The notes: generated by a model not told the origin, from the sequence alone. Positions 1 to 12,420 are shown, counted from the first letter of the stretch. The stretch is DNA of 64,000 nucleotides from Dicyema japonicum (GCA_011109175.1 RDEW01000053.1:124001-188000); one strand, 5' to 3'. Program-made: numbers and translations.

Positions 1-40
1 ACATTTGTTTAATTGTTAAAAAATTATTTTGTTTAAAAAA

Positions 41-248
41 ATTAAGTGTATCCAGTTTCCACTTGTAGAAAAACAGAGTCCATCTGGAATCAACATAAAA
101 GGTAATACGTCCATTACATGCAGTTGTGAAAACCCCTCCAGTGGAGGGGAGAGCAAATGATCCTTTTTCGTGCCGGCCTGGCACTGGGCGCAACCTAGAC
201 AGGTGGATCACATGACGTCACTCTAATAGGAAGAGGAAAAGGAACAGA
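41..248. repeat. Dispersed repeat family A (about 200 bp, ends in GGATCACATGACGTCACTC), unclassified, possibly Penelope-like-derived
   Basis: Closely matches 10768-10975 with the same left boundary (ATTAAGTGTATCCAGTTTCCACTT) and right end. More diverged copies at 14105, 24870 and 31950. Confidence 0.8.
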
Positions 249-332
249 CGTTAAGAAAATGAAAATTTATGAGAAATTTAAATTAATTAAAATTACTAAT
301 CATTATAAAGATAGGAATTAATTTATTGATTC

Positions 333-421
333 AGAGAGAAGGGCTGGCACATTGAGCGCATCTCCTTACAGATCGTAAAAGGAAATGCGCTCTCATCCTG
401 AGAGCAGCCAGTAGCCTTTAA
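333..421 (+). mobile_element. 3' tip of a CRE-like RLE retrotransposon
   Basis: Translates EKGWHIERISLQIVKGNAL, matching the C-terminus ERRWLFERISLAILRGNSH of the long element at 52188. Confidence 0.6.
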
Positions 422-596
422 CTATTTGGTTCTATTCTTCAATAAATTGTTATTTAATTTTTAAAAAAAATTTTATTGATTTATTTTTCATTAAAAAAAT
501 ATTGATTTCTAACGGCTTTAACGCCGTCTATAACGGCTCGTATTCAACCGGTCACATTTATTAAATAAAATTTATTGCAGAACACTACACTCAATT

Positions 597-1490
597 ATGT
601 TCAAATGTATTGATGAAACAAATGTCGACCTATATACTTCCTCGGAATGGTTATCCAAGGGAAATAACGGCCCACGGAGCGAAGCATTGTACTGTCTTCT
701 GCAAGATAGGAATTTGTTTTTTCGCACACACGGGTCGATTTGCAACCATTGTAAAAAAAGCAAGAAAACTGTTTATCATTTGTTCACTTTGTCTGGTAAA
801 ATCGTAAACAGTGATCATCTCCGAAGACATAATGAAATGGTAAAGTGCATCCATCTTCATCATTGTCGAATTTATGGAATCAAAAGAAGCAGGAAATTGA
901 AAGGACATTCGCATCAGTCAATATTGACGAATCAAAATGTCGAAATTAGATTTGACACGTCGATTATGACAGAGAATATAGCACGATACAATAAACCTGA
1001 TATTTTTGTATGACAAAATAAAGAAGAAATAACCTTAATTGAAGTGGGCATTACCTCACAAGACCGACTAAAGCAAGTTGAAGTTGAGAAACTTAACAAA
1101 TATGACTTGCTTGCAAATGAACTTTCGCTGCTCTATGAATGCCAAGTGAAGATTTTTCCAGTGGTTTTGACATGGGATGGAGTTGTCACAAGATGCTTCA
1201 AGAATCATATGGATAAATTATCTATTGAAGAATCAACGAGGACTTACATCCCATCGGTTGTTCTGAAGAGATCACTCGAAAGTATGCTCATTGAACATAA
1301 GCATGGGATGAAGGTATACGATGAAGAGTACGCCTCTGCTACCTCCCAACTTGTGGAACTGGCATACCGTGAGGACAGCCCACTTGACTCAACGAAGATA
1401 TTTCGACTGAATCTGATGTGGAGATGGGAAATAACAAGGAGATTATGGCACACTTTTCTAAGAGAAGAAGAGGGATTACCAACAATCTGA
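597..1490 (+). mobile_element. 5'-truncated R4/Dong-like non-LTR retrotransposon: zinc-knuckle region and restriction-like endonuclease, interrupted
   Basis: CNHC...HL...RRHNEMVKCIH knuckle region followed by NKPDIFV...IEVGITS...EVEKLNKYDLLANEL (PD-(D/E)xK motif). A stop/frame break lies at about 1011. Related fragments at 32770 and 46830. Confidence 0.8.
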
Positions 1491-1633
1491 ATCAAAATCC
1501 GCTTAATTAGTTAATTTACTCGTTATAAACAAATATGTAACATTTATAAATTGCGTTTTTAACTCACTAATATTAATTTAATATTTTCAAAAAATAAACA
1601 CAGATTTTAAAATTTAATTTGACTTGTTCCCTT

Positions 1634-3565
1634 ATGGTTGTTGTGCGTAATTATTATCACAAAGATAATTAGAATTCAAACAGAATACGGGATTAAACGA
1701 ATCACCATGGATGGTCACCAGACATTCTCCGACCTATACTCTAAGGTTTCCTCATTCTTATAATTTTCAGGTTGCCAGTACCTTTGAATCTAAAGAAAAG
1801 GAGTGGCAACTTTACTACGACAGGAAGAAAATAGGATTCCTTCCATACTCCTCGGACCAATGTGGTTCTTTAAAGTAATCCTCAATTTATCATACCAGGA
1901 ATGGACAACTGTTTTACATGTACCCAGTAGAGGGAACGAGATTCTCAAAGACTGAAAATAGCATAGCCGAAGATCCGATCGACGTCGCCCTTTGGAATTC
2001 TGATTCCAGGATTTATTTGGGTGGATCCCAGCTTTGCCAACATTCTAGTAACAGCAGGTGCATAAACTGCAACTTTGTTGAGGTAATATTTGCTTAAATC
2101 TCAGCCATACGACGAGGAGTACCTTTCAAAGATTAATCCCTCTATAAAATTTCTCCCATTTCATTCCTACATGCGAAAACTGATCAACCAGTCATGTTTC
2201 TATCAAATTGTAGGTCCAAGGGGACTCCCCTCGTGCTTGATCAGCCAAACTGCCGTGTGGACATGAATTGTGCTTACCACAAGCCATATCCAGCCGGGAT
2301 TTGTTCCCGTTGCCAACCGGGTGCCATAACGCTGATCCGACAACCGTACAGACACGTGGAGTTCGTCTCGTTTGAGAACGACATTATGGTCCAGAGATTT
2401 ATCGAGTTTTGGAGGAAGACGGGCAAGCAGAGGATCGGATACTTATTTGGAAATATGAGCCTATGAAGGACGTCCCCCTGGGAATCATGGCGGTAGTTGT
2501 GGCGATCTATGAGCCTCCTCAGGTAGCAGAAATGCTTATAGAAGGTATCTGAGGTCGATCAAGTCACTCTGAAGGAAGATTCTGACAGTAGAGTGGAGTG
2601 GTTGGCCTCACAGCTCGGATTAGTCCCCGTCGGCTGGATATTCACGGATTTAGTGGTCAAGGATTCCCAAAAGGGGACTGTGAAACATTTCCGCGGAAAC
2701 ACGGTATATTTTGAAGTTCATGCAGAATTCCTACTATCTGAGTTCTCAGGAGTGCATAGTGGCCGCCCATATGCAGAATCGATACCCAAATTCCTGTAGA
2801 TTTGCCAAGGGGGGATATTACGGGTCCAAGTTTGTCACGGTAGTGGCCACAGGTGCTCTTGTAGATAACTAATAGGGGACACAAACAACCAGATCCACTT
2901 GGAGGCCTACCAGACATCAGTACAGTGTATGTCCTTGGTGAAGGAGAAAATGCTGTTGCCGACCATTGGGTGCTCTCAATTGGCTTACGTGAAGGCCTCC
3001 AGTGGTGAACAGTACGTCCCCGACGTCTTTTATACGGTTGGTGATGGTTTGAAGGTAGAAAACGGACCAGTACGGAAATACGGTGAATCAGATAGCACGT
3101 CCTGTGCCGAATGAATTCCTGTTAACAGAATTGGAGGTGGGTACCCCGAAGATCAAGATGTACTCCCTGCCTATTGACCCAGAGAAGCGATTCTTTGCGA
3201 TTGAGAACAGATCTGAGTATTTGGAGACGCAGAATCTTTTATTTTTCGCCAAATATTGGCAGCAGTTTGAGGCTGATTCGTTTCTGGAGTGTATTGGGGA
3301 CTTACACGTGTTGTTATTCCTCGCGAGTCCCGAGTTTGGGTCACTGGAGAACTGTTTCGGGGATCTACTGAGAGCTGTGAGGGAACGGGATAGGTGTTTG
3401 CTGGATAGGATAAGACATGGGATCGATATGCAGTCCCTGATTGAGCTGGTAAGTGCTGCTATTGACTCGGCTCCCCCGGATGGAAGTAAGGCGTGTTCAA
3501 GATGTACATTCATTAATACGGCTGAGAACACACGGTGTGAACTTTGTGGGTTTAACCTATCTTAG
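1634..3565 (+). CDS. NPLOC4: Nuclear protein localization protein 4 homolog (p97/Ufd1 cofactor), 10 exons
   Basis: Spliced product reads MVV-IIRIQTEYGIKRIT...CQHSSNSRCINC...HSYMRKL...GICSRCQPGAITL...FWRKTGKQRIGYLFG...AIYEPPQ...VGWIFTDL...GSKFVTVVATG...QYVPDVFY...CSRCTFINTAENTRCELC (NZF finger). GT-AG introns: 1643-1664, 1746-1770, 1875-1898, 2083-2104, 2191-2213, 2523-2544, 2704-2725, 2853-2875, 3037-3058 (22-25 nt). One A is missing in the run at 2451-2453. Confidence 0.96.
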
Positions 3566-3849
3566 TCTTTTTCGTGTGATTATTGATATTTATTTCTTTT
3601 TATTAATTGTTGTTTTTTTGGGTTTGGTCTTGATTTTGGAGAGTTACTGTTCTTTATTGATTGGGTTTAGTTACTTGAGATTATTAGACATTGTTTGAAA
3701 GTTGTCAGTAATTAGTGAAAATTTCCATATTTTAATTGTTAGTTGTCTACAGTCACGTGTTTATTGCCTTTAAAAATCATGGGTTTATTGCCTTAAATAA
3801 AGTTCTAATTGTTATTACATGGCAACATTATTGGATTGTTAAAGAAGTT

Positions 3850-4266
3850 ATCCCCCATATGTCTGATCTGCATTATGGCCAAATTTTGGTGCGGAGTCTA
3901 CTGGAGACTATCCCGTATTGTTGAAATGATCGGGTTCCTTGTTATATGCTTTCCGGCAGACGGATCTGGTGGTGGCTGTCTTTCTTCGAAACTGAATTAC
4001 CAGAGAGAGGGAGTTCAAAAGTCACTTGAATGTCGAGTACTTTGTTCTATCAAAAGCATTCGATAAGGCACTTATGCCGTTTATGAGACATAACCCCCGT
4101 TGGAAAAAACATGATTGGTGAAGGACTTGTCAGGAAAAATTTATTAAATATGGAGAATTGTGTCAAAACTGGTGGAACTGAAAAGAAGACACCCTCGGAA
4201 TTCGGTTCTTCAACATCTACATGGCTGATATAACATTCCCGAAGACACTGAGTATGAATATTTTTC
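3850..4266 (+). mobile_element. Decayed Jockey/CR1-like LINE reverse transcriptase fragment
   Basis: Broken frames give LSKAFDK (about 4045-4066) and FFNIYMADI (about 4205-4235), like the RT family at 29100, 48621 and 56340. Confidence 0.45.
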
Positions 4267-4967
4267 TTAATGCTGATGACACTCTAATCTCGCACGTGTT
4301 AAGTCAGTAAATTGCCGTACAAGACACTTGATAATTACATAAGAAATCAGCAATTGATGTGTCTCCAAGGGTTTGACAATTTCACCTGAGCTAACTAACG
4401 CTCTGCAAATCTCTAATTTTAGAAGACTCAGTCGAAGAGGTTTGCTGCGAAGAACATAAAAGATGTGACTAACTTGCACTACCTCGGAGTGCTAATTGGC
4501 TCACAAGTCATGTGAAATGTCTCCGTTCTATCCTGATTTAGGCAGAAGACCTTGTAATTGCGCCAAACTGAATCGAACCCAGAGCACAGTGTATCAATAA
4601 TTCCTCAAACATCGTATATTTGACGTCCCCCGATTCGGACATTACGTGCATTCGCACTGAAAGTAGAACGAGGAGCTACACTATCTTTAGGGGGTGAAGA
4701 CATTCGGACAATGGAGGTAGGTCACCCTTCCGACGTTTCGTAAGTATTAGTTTTGTAAATATCCACGTGACTTACAACTCTGAAAAATTATTTTAAACTA
4801 AAGACTTGAATACTAAAAGAAGTAATGAGAGTATGTTGACTTTCCAACTATGGAAACTGCGGGAGTAACTATGACTCTCAAAACAGGTTCAGCATAACAA
4901 TGTGGATACTTGCTTCATGCTTGCGCTAACATAGTTCATATCACCGAGGGACAACAGAGACGTCGAA

Positions 4968-5175
4968 TGCGTGTCCATCCAAAATGGCCTCCAATTATTT
5001 TTGTCAAGTTTTAGATAAGCTCATCAAAAAACATCACGAGATTTTACCAAAACGACATCCTTAGGTAAAAAAGTCATTTATTTTTAATCTTATAAAAATT
5101 GATTTTAATAAGTACTATGGGTAAATGGAGCGTAACAAGATCCTCGACATCTTTAGGTAAAAAAGTCATCTTTTA
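4968..5175. repeat. Dispersed repeat family B with an internal 92-95 bp tandem subrepeat (likely a DNA-transposon end)
   Basis: TGCGTGTCCATCCAAAATGGCCTCCAATT... and twice ATC(C/T)TTAGGTAAAAAAGTCAT. Homologous to 63430-63720. Confidence 0.8.
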
Positions 5176-5919
5176 TAATATTTCTATTTTTGTCTAACTT
5201 TAGAATGAAAGATTTATTTTAAACAGGAAAAAGGAAAATGATTATAAATGTTAATAAAATACATATTCTATTAAAAAATATATATTCTGTCGATCCATAT
5301 TAAGTAACATTTACAAATCTCAATATATTCTCAAATAAAGCGATATATTTAGTTTTTCTAAGAATCATTTCTCCATTTTGTAATCTTAAAAATTATATCA
5401 TTCACTTAAAAAAGTTAGCTAATCAGAGTTTGAGCTTTCAATGGATTTTTGTTCGGAAATTTTTCCAAGTATAATCTTCATTGATACTGAGTGAAAGTTT
5501 TATGGACGTCAACGGAGAAGTACAATCTTCATGTAACCGTTAAACGGCTTTAACGGTTAAATCGATTTTGCGTTTCATTCCCAGCCTAACCTCATTTAAA
5601 ACCAGTCACAATTATTATGAATGTTAGATTAGTAATAGTTAGAGAAGTAATCTAATTAAAAGCCTAAATTATGATTGGCATATTGTACCGGGAAAAGAAG
5701 AAAGGAGTAAATCCAGAGATTGGCTCCATTTGACTCATAAGCAGCGGTTTTGCCTTCAGTGTCGGGGACATCATTATTGACATTGACTAATTTAAAACAA
5801 TTCTTTACTCGACTCAAGGCAACCCCATTTTTTCTCCAATGAAGACACAGTATCGATCATTTTTTTAGACACGTGTCTCGAAATTAAGAATATTATTACA
5901 CATGTTTATAGTCATACGG

Positions 5920-6920
5920 ATTCATTAAACAATTTTTATTACAATTACTTGCAGTATTTGCGACATGCTTAAACCCAAGCACGTGGAATAACTCATGAGA
6001 TATAGTCGATGCATCGTCTTCATCAGATTTTCTATGAAGCATAATTGCCACTGATTGATGTGTACAAACAGTTCCAACATAAGCGATTCCCGATTTCCTG
6101 TTTCCTGATTTAGATCTGACAATAGTGTCTCTGATGATTAGTTTGAATAATTACTCAAAGAACAAAACTACGTCTCCATCATGAAAATATTTTTTATTCC
6201 ATGCGTACATAGCGGCATTGTGAGGATCAGTTGACAAAATATCGTCAGTGAAGTATATTTTTTTAAGATTTAGTTGTATTTTGAGTGTTCCAAAATACTG
6301 AATTATGATAAATACATACTTTTTGAGACAACTCGAACAATCTTTCAATGTAAACTTTAATGCGGATTCTATCAGTGTTTAAACTTTTTTGCTATGTGTA
6401 AAATATTAAAACTAACAAATATTTTATCAACAACACTGACGACATCAAATCTTCTGTTTAAGTGTCTGTTATCTAAAATTGTTTAAAACTAAATCACCGA
6501 CGAAAGCACAAAATAAAGTGTAAAGTAAAAAATTCATTTTTTAAATTGCAAAAATCGTTTGAAAAATTCATTTATAAGCTAAAATTACTCAGTAATTATT
6601 TTTGAAGCATGTAATTTGACTTTGGGGAATTTAGTTTATTCTAAATTTTTGATTAATTCTACTTTTTTGTTTACTCTACAGATTTTTAATACGGTGTTAT
6701 CAGTTAGCATATTAAAGGTCAGTCACATTTTAGTGGGCCTATCCCAAATTGTCTCGTTTTTGAAGAATTTTATATTTTTTAAAAGTTTTGTTTAGCGCCA
6801 TAGTCGCTGGACGACTCGTCACTGATTTCTGATTCATCGCTTCCATCGCAAAAGTGATTTGATTCGTCAAGAATATCAGTTAACTCTTGCTCAGGATAAA
6901 TTTCTTAAAAACAACATATC
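5920..6920 (-). mobile_element. Possible piggyBac-like transposase remnant
   Basis: An acidic N-terminal stretch (ELTDILDESNHFCDGSDESEISDE) and YFTDDIL...MYA resemble piggyBac N-termini. Heavily decayed. Confidence 0.3.
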
Positions 6921-7959
6921 ACTGACGCTTATCAGGTTAAAGGTTTTTTGAAATTTATTAAAAATAAAAAACTGATTATTTAAATGAAAACTTTCATTAT
7001 AGAATAGAACTGTCCAGATTAACTAATTTCCCACATTTCACTGCTTCCACCCCTGCGATGATTTTGTTCAGCTCTGTTATTATCCTCTTGCAATCTAGAT
7101 GCTAAAGAGGATTCGCAAGATGTGCGTCAAGTGACATACCTCTTTTTTTCTTAGCACAGTTTAAATACATCCATTTCCAGCTTTCTCAAATACCACTGTG
7201 CAATTATGTAATGATACAATATTATGTCATCACATAAGGAATAACACTACATTGCAACGATGTAGCTTCCGTAGGTAGGGTATCGATTAATAATGCTGTT
7301 GCGGGGCCATCATAGAGTTTTAGTTAAAGTTAGTTCAGTAAGTGATGCATTTCCTCAGATAGCATAACAAAATAATTCCTTAATCCTGACATGTTCGAGT
7401 TGGATTCTCATCTAGACTAAATAAATAAACTCATCATTTCCACTTGAAACTACTGTAGAGACTGTGGTAGACTTGATTTAATACGCTTGATAGATATAGT
7501 AGGTCTTAAAAATAAATCAAAGACAGCCACTCATTTTTAGCAGAATGTATCAGTTTTTAAAAAGGATGTTAGCATTCCGACCAATTAAACTAAAGGTTAA
7601 TTAGTAAAACCGCATGCGAAATTCTATTTTTTTGTTTTTTAATCGTTTTTTACCTCTGACAAAAGATTGGTATGGAAGAGAGTCATTTTGGACTTAAACC
7701 ATGTCAACATCCCACTGAAAGTAATAGCGCATTATAAAAATGCATTGCGCAATATATTGTGTCGCGTCACATGGTGGTTACGTGTCCCATGCTGGTTACA
7801 CATCACCTGTCAATCACTTTCAGATGTCATCTTAATGTGGTTTTAATCATAAAAACGATAATAGTCAATAAACAACGACATTTCGTCAATTAATATCGAC
7901 ACGTGGTCAGAAAATAAATTTTTACAACAATACTAGTTAAACACAAAAAATATTCATTC

Positions 7960-8500
7960 ATTGATAATTTCACCATTAACTGCTCTCATAATGTATCCTT
8001 TCATCTTTCTGAAGTATCCTTCACAGTCTTCACGGGTAATCAATTCGAAAGATGAGATAGATGTCTTAGTTGTAAATCATCAATAGCAGCCCCTCTCTTC
8101 ACAGAATTCTTCCATTTTGAGAACACATTCTCAATTGGATTAAGGAATAGTGAGTATGGAAAAAGATATAGTATCTTGAGGTTGTGGGATGATTACTTCG
8201 TTGAGTCCATTGTAATGGTGAATTCTAGCATTTTCTATGACAAAGTAGGGATCCACAATTGCTTTAGTTTCACAAACTCCCTTAAGTTGAATCAAGAAAT
8301 TTTTAAATATTTCCATATTAACAGCACCATCGATGATGGATTGATAGACCCTACCATGTGCAGTCGTTGCGGCCATTACTGAAATATTCCTACTACGTAC
8401 CTGTGGCACACTGATACGCGCAGAAATACCTCTTTCAGATCTCCCAAAGCGGACGCGCTGGGAGACATTGTAACCTACTAAACCAAAAAAGCCACATGGT
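7960..8500 (-). mobile_element. Tc1/IS630-family (DDE_3) transposase pseudogene
   Basis: GYNVSQRVRFGRSERG...VPQVRSRNISVMAA...FVIENARIHH...PYSLFLNPIENVFSKWK, across frameshifts. Confidence 0.85.
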
Positions 8501-8770
8501 AAAGTTTATATTATTTCCTTAGCCAACAAGTGAACGAAAGAGCAGTCAGTTGCGGAATAACTCAATCAGTTTGGTCAAGAAAATAAGAAATTCAGAGTCC
8601 GAGCGAGAAATCCAGTTAGACTTGATGAAGAAAATATCCAATTTGCAGATAAGAACAATGCCCTTTTACAAAAAATTCAGGAAAATAGAAGCATTTACCG
8701 CAAAAACGAATATATTTGAAAAAGGGCTAAATTAAATAACTTTATTAACCAAACTAACTCTACTACACGG

Positions 8771-9913
8771 TTATTTGCTTCCTGATATGTCTTCCAGATT
8801 CGGGTAATAGTGCTTTATGACGGAGTGGAGGAGTTCACGTGGCTGATTTAAGTCCAGACAAATCCACGACGGCATGGAAGTTATTTTCCTGTCTTTGTAA
8901 TTCCCGCCAAATCCCTTTCCAAACGATACAATTATGGTGGAGAATGAAGTGAGGGCATTTAGGCTATCAAAGTTGACGCTATTCTTCAGAAACTCCATAA
9001 AGTTCTAAATACCACCAAATATTACGTATTTATCGAATATCGTGACTATCTGGCTGAAGCCTTCGAGTCTGATGACATTGGCGGGAGGGAAGTTATATAC
9101 AGCATTGAGGTATTCAGAGTGAATAAAAATAGAGAAATTCGTGCAATTTTGTAGGAAGACTCGGTTGAGGTCATTGTAGACTCTTAGACCTTCTATAAAT
9201 GAGTGGTTGTACCCTTCCCCAGCTTTTCGGTTATTTGCTTCACTATCGGGATTCTCACCCCGGCAGGGAATTCAAGGAAATCCTCATTGTTTCATACAAA
9301 ACAACGGAATAACCGCTTTTATCCACAATCAGATGTTTTGGGCTGACGTTGTCGAAATTTTTGACGTTTTTTTCAAATTCGTTGTAGGAAAGTCTGCACC
9401 AGGACAGCTCACTTGGGGCAACTGGAGCTGCAGACTCGTATTGTAGGCTAAAATGACCCCAATTACTACAATCAGCTAGCACGTAATGGGAGAGATTGAA
9501 ACACACGTATTCGCACACATCGACTACGGGAAACTTGTGCTTACATAAGCAGATCACGTCCTCTATTGAGGTTATTCGCCACTGGGTTTGAAGGGACCTC
9601 AGCAACTGGTATTAGTAAAACTGTACTAGTTTCATGTTTTTTATATCCTGGGAATATTTGAGGCATTCCTCATAAATGATCTCTGGGTAGTGCTCATTCT
9701 CTATATAAAAGCTATTCATGGCGGATTCCGATGAAATCGCGGTATTTTATATTTATCAGTCCTATATCGCGGCAAATTTATGTTAATAAAATCAGGAGCT
9801 TCTTGGGCGGTTTGTGATGTCGAGACAACTGAGCGATAATAGGAAGTCTGTCTTTCCTCAAATGCCTGTGACGTATGAGCAATCTCACCTGCGAAGCCCG
9901 ATGAGTCCTCCAT
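8771..9913 (-). CDS. Highly divergent SMAD-family protein (degenerate MH1 plus recognisable MH2)
   Basis: MH2: SWCRLSYNEFEKNV...RISLNSL...IVKQITEKLGK|EGLRVY...VFLQNCTNFSIFIHS...IFDKY|NFMEFLKNSVN...TIIVSFGKGFGGNYKDRKITSMPSWICLDLNQPRELLHSVI. MH1-like HYPEIIY and VCFNLSHY. Introns 9626-9606 (21 nt), 9212-9193 (20 nt), 9025-9005 (21 nt). Needs 1-nt homopolymer corrections at 9728-9729 and 9258-9261. Confidence 0.85.
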
Positions 9914-10329
9914 TTGACAGCTGATAGTATCGTTAGAGCCACACCTGTTCGATTATGTGGGGGATAAAATTTAGTGCATATTACTAATATTGGAAGTTTT
10001 AAGATAATAAGTGGTTAAATCAATGTTTTTCAATTATAACAACAATTGACCAGGAATTATTTTTAGAAACGTGATGGGCTCAATTGTATTATTGTCTAAT
10101 ATTAGTCCGGAATATTCCCTAAGTAGTGAGATTCAAAGTCATTTTTTAATGGACACAGTTACTTTTAATTGGAGACTGAACCCTTTGCTCAATCTACCAT
10201 TTAAACAGGATCCCTTGGAGGGGAGCCTACTACTTCAAAAACTGGACGTCTCCTTCCCTTTGTATGTTTCTTGGAGGTGCACCTGCAAGTAGTGTTAATT
10301 AAATCAAGGAATATCCAAGATATTGAGAA

Positions 10330-10535
10330 AGGTCTTGACTTTTCGATCCCTTCCTTGTGTGTGAGCCATAGAAGGCAATCCAGTTCTGTAGTAATAAAAG
10401 ACTGATGACAACGTCATTCGACAACCCAAAGAATCGTAGATGTGTGGCACCTAACACAGAATTTATAGGGCGAGATTTGAACCCGGGACCTCCTGATTTG
10501 GTCATAGTCTCTTCTACCTAAACTTTGGTTTATCT
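10330..10535 (-). mobile_element. tRNA-derived SINE, copy 3 (decayed head)
   Basis: B-box GGGTTCAAATCTCG, then CATCTACGAT...GACGTTGTCATCAGT...GAACTGGATTG...CACACAAG, all shared with 15670-15870. Confidence 0.7.
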
Positions 10536-10767
10536 CATTGAGACCAAAGTAGTGATAATCTCCAAAAATAGATAAAAAATCGGATGAATGGTATAGCTCT
10601 GATGGAAGGCCATCAGGTGATCTCAGCCGCCCTCAGATCGGCCTTGATTTTTCCGATATTTCCCTTGGGAAATGACAGTTCAACTTTTCCCGATGATTCT
10701 TCGTTTCATTGTATAATTTAATTTATTAACCCCGGATACACCGAGAAAGAAGTTAAAGTAAACAACT

Positions 10768-10975
10768 AATTAAGTGTATCCAGTTTCCACTTCTACGGAA
10801 ACAGAGTCCATCCGGAATCAGCATAAAAGTAAGACGTCCATTACATGCAGTTGTGGAAACCCCTCCAGTGGAGTGGGGAGAGCAAATGATCTTTTTCGTG
10901 CCGGCCTGGCATGGGCGTCACCTAGACAGGTAGATCACATGACGCCACTCTAATAAAATAGAGAGGAGAACAGAC
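10768..10975. repeat. Dispersed repeat family A copy
   Basis: Near-collinear with 41-248. Confidence 0.8.
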
Positions 10976-11978
10976 AAGCAAGCAAAAAACTTTAATCAAT
11001 TAACCACGCAGATTATCATCGTAAGAGAGTTAAATTCATTGTTATCGTAAGAGACTTAAATTATAGATAAATTTATTAATAAATTTATTTCATTTGTTAT
11101 AAAAATTATTTTACAATATGGCAAACCTTTTAATAGAATAGTACATTATTCGGCAAGTGATTTCCATGCTGTTGTGATCGTTACTTTTGTTCACCTTATC
11201 GTCTTTTCCTGTTGTATTGCAATATATTTTATTATATATTATATGAATTATTGGATAATCAAATAGTGTTGAAGGCTGTTAACAAAATATCTAACATATA
11301 TTTCGGTAACCTATAAATATGGATCATCTCTACTGTTTGATTTTTCGATACTTATTGTCAATTTTTTCCATATTATTTTGAAGATTTTCTGAGAAATTAT
11401 CATTATTGCTAAAAGAATGCTACTACAGTGAGTTTTTTCACGTCGATGTATTCAAATCGGAACCCATCCGTAGAATAACTGAATCTCCAACAACTAATGA
11501 TTTTTCCACCATTTTTTCTTCGGTAACTGTAGTTTCGATTGTTTTTCTTCAGGATATGGTGTATCAGAGATTTCTTCTATATTGACGGAATCTTATTCTC
11601 GTTAATTGAGAGGTTGAAAATTTGTGTCATTGCGGCCGTCGAGAAGGACCCAGGTGTTTCAGTTCGAGAATGGAGATGTCATCTGAACCACGGGACGACG
11701 AGTTATTCATTTTCCTGACTGAGTGCACCATTGAAGGGCCGAGGAAAGTCATTTTGGGACATTTATTCAAACAGTTTCGGGAGATATCCAAATCAACTAT
11801 TTCTTGATTTTCATCCAAAGTTTGGTTGTCGATTTGTCGTAGCGCTCCATGAAGATGATAAAAAAGAAACGTCATTAATGAGCAAAATAATATGATGTTA
11901 TCGGAAATAGATAATTCCTCAAATTCATAACTTGTATTAATATCAAAAATTTATTAACAATAAAATATTATTTATTAA

Positions 11979-12068
11979 CTATGGGTGAGAGCGGCTGCTG
12001 ACATCACGGAGTAAGCGTTTCCGCGGATAACTGCGATACCAATTCTTTGCCTCAGCCAGACCGAACTT
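11979..12068 (-). mobile_element. 3' tip of a CRE-like RLE retrotransposon
   Basis: Reverse strand translates VWLRQRIGIAVIRGNAYSVMSAAALTH, followed by an A-rich tail. Confidence 0.7.
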
Positions 12069-12420
12069 GTATTAATTGACTCATTTTTTTTGAATTTTAT
12101 TAAAGATGGTATTTATTAAATTTTATTATAAATTATTAACCCCACTTTATTCAACCAACTGCGTCATCAAATCATTTTTTAATAAATTATAACCCTCTTG
12201 AGCGCTGCTGGTTTTGAGTGAATCTCGCTCGCCATCCTGAAAGGAATAGCCACGCAGTCAGGGCACCCGCTACATAACCGTTTACTCTCTTTTCTTTCAT
12301 TAATAAAATTCCAGTTACTTTAACCAACAATAAAAAGTTATATGTCATAGGCGCTACGCGTTGCACTAGTTGACTTAGAAAAAAAATCAAAAAAATTTTT
12401 TTTGATTTAATTTATCAAAT

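Noticed and set aside
2451-2466. NPL4, SMAD and BPL_N as pseudogenes
   Set aside because: Each break is a one-base homopolymer shortfall in otherwise conserved, properly spliced genes, so sequencing error is more likely.
3088-3531. Long ORF-track entries antisense to real features (also 1244-1495, 35092-35595, 52483-52782, 53630-54079)
   Set aside because: They are shadow frames of NPL4 or retroelement coding strands with no recognisable motifs of their own.
5520-5590. hAT terminal inverted repeat (AACGG-rich, similar to 510-560)
   Set aside because: No convincing partner TIR or 8-bp TSD could be identified.
11440-11880. CR1 ORF1 esterase remnant (LVVGDS) or host gene
   Set aside because: Only one short motif is present and the surrounding frames are closed, so the support is insufficient.
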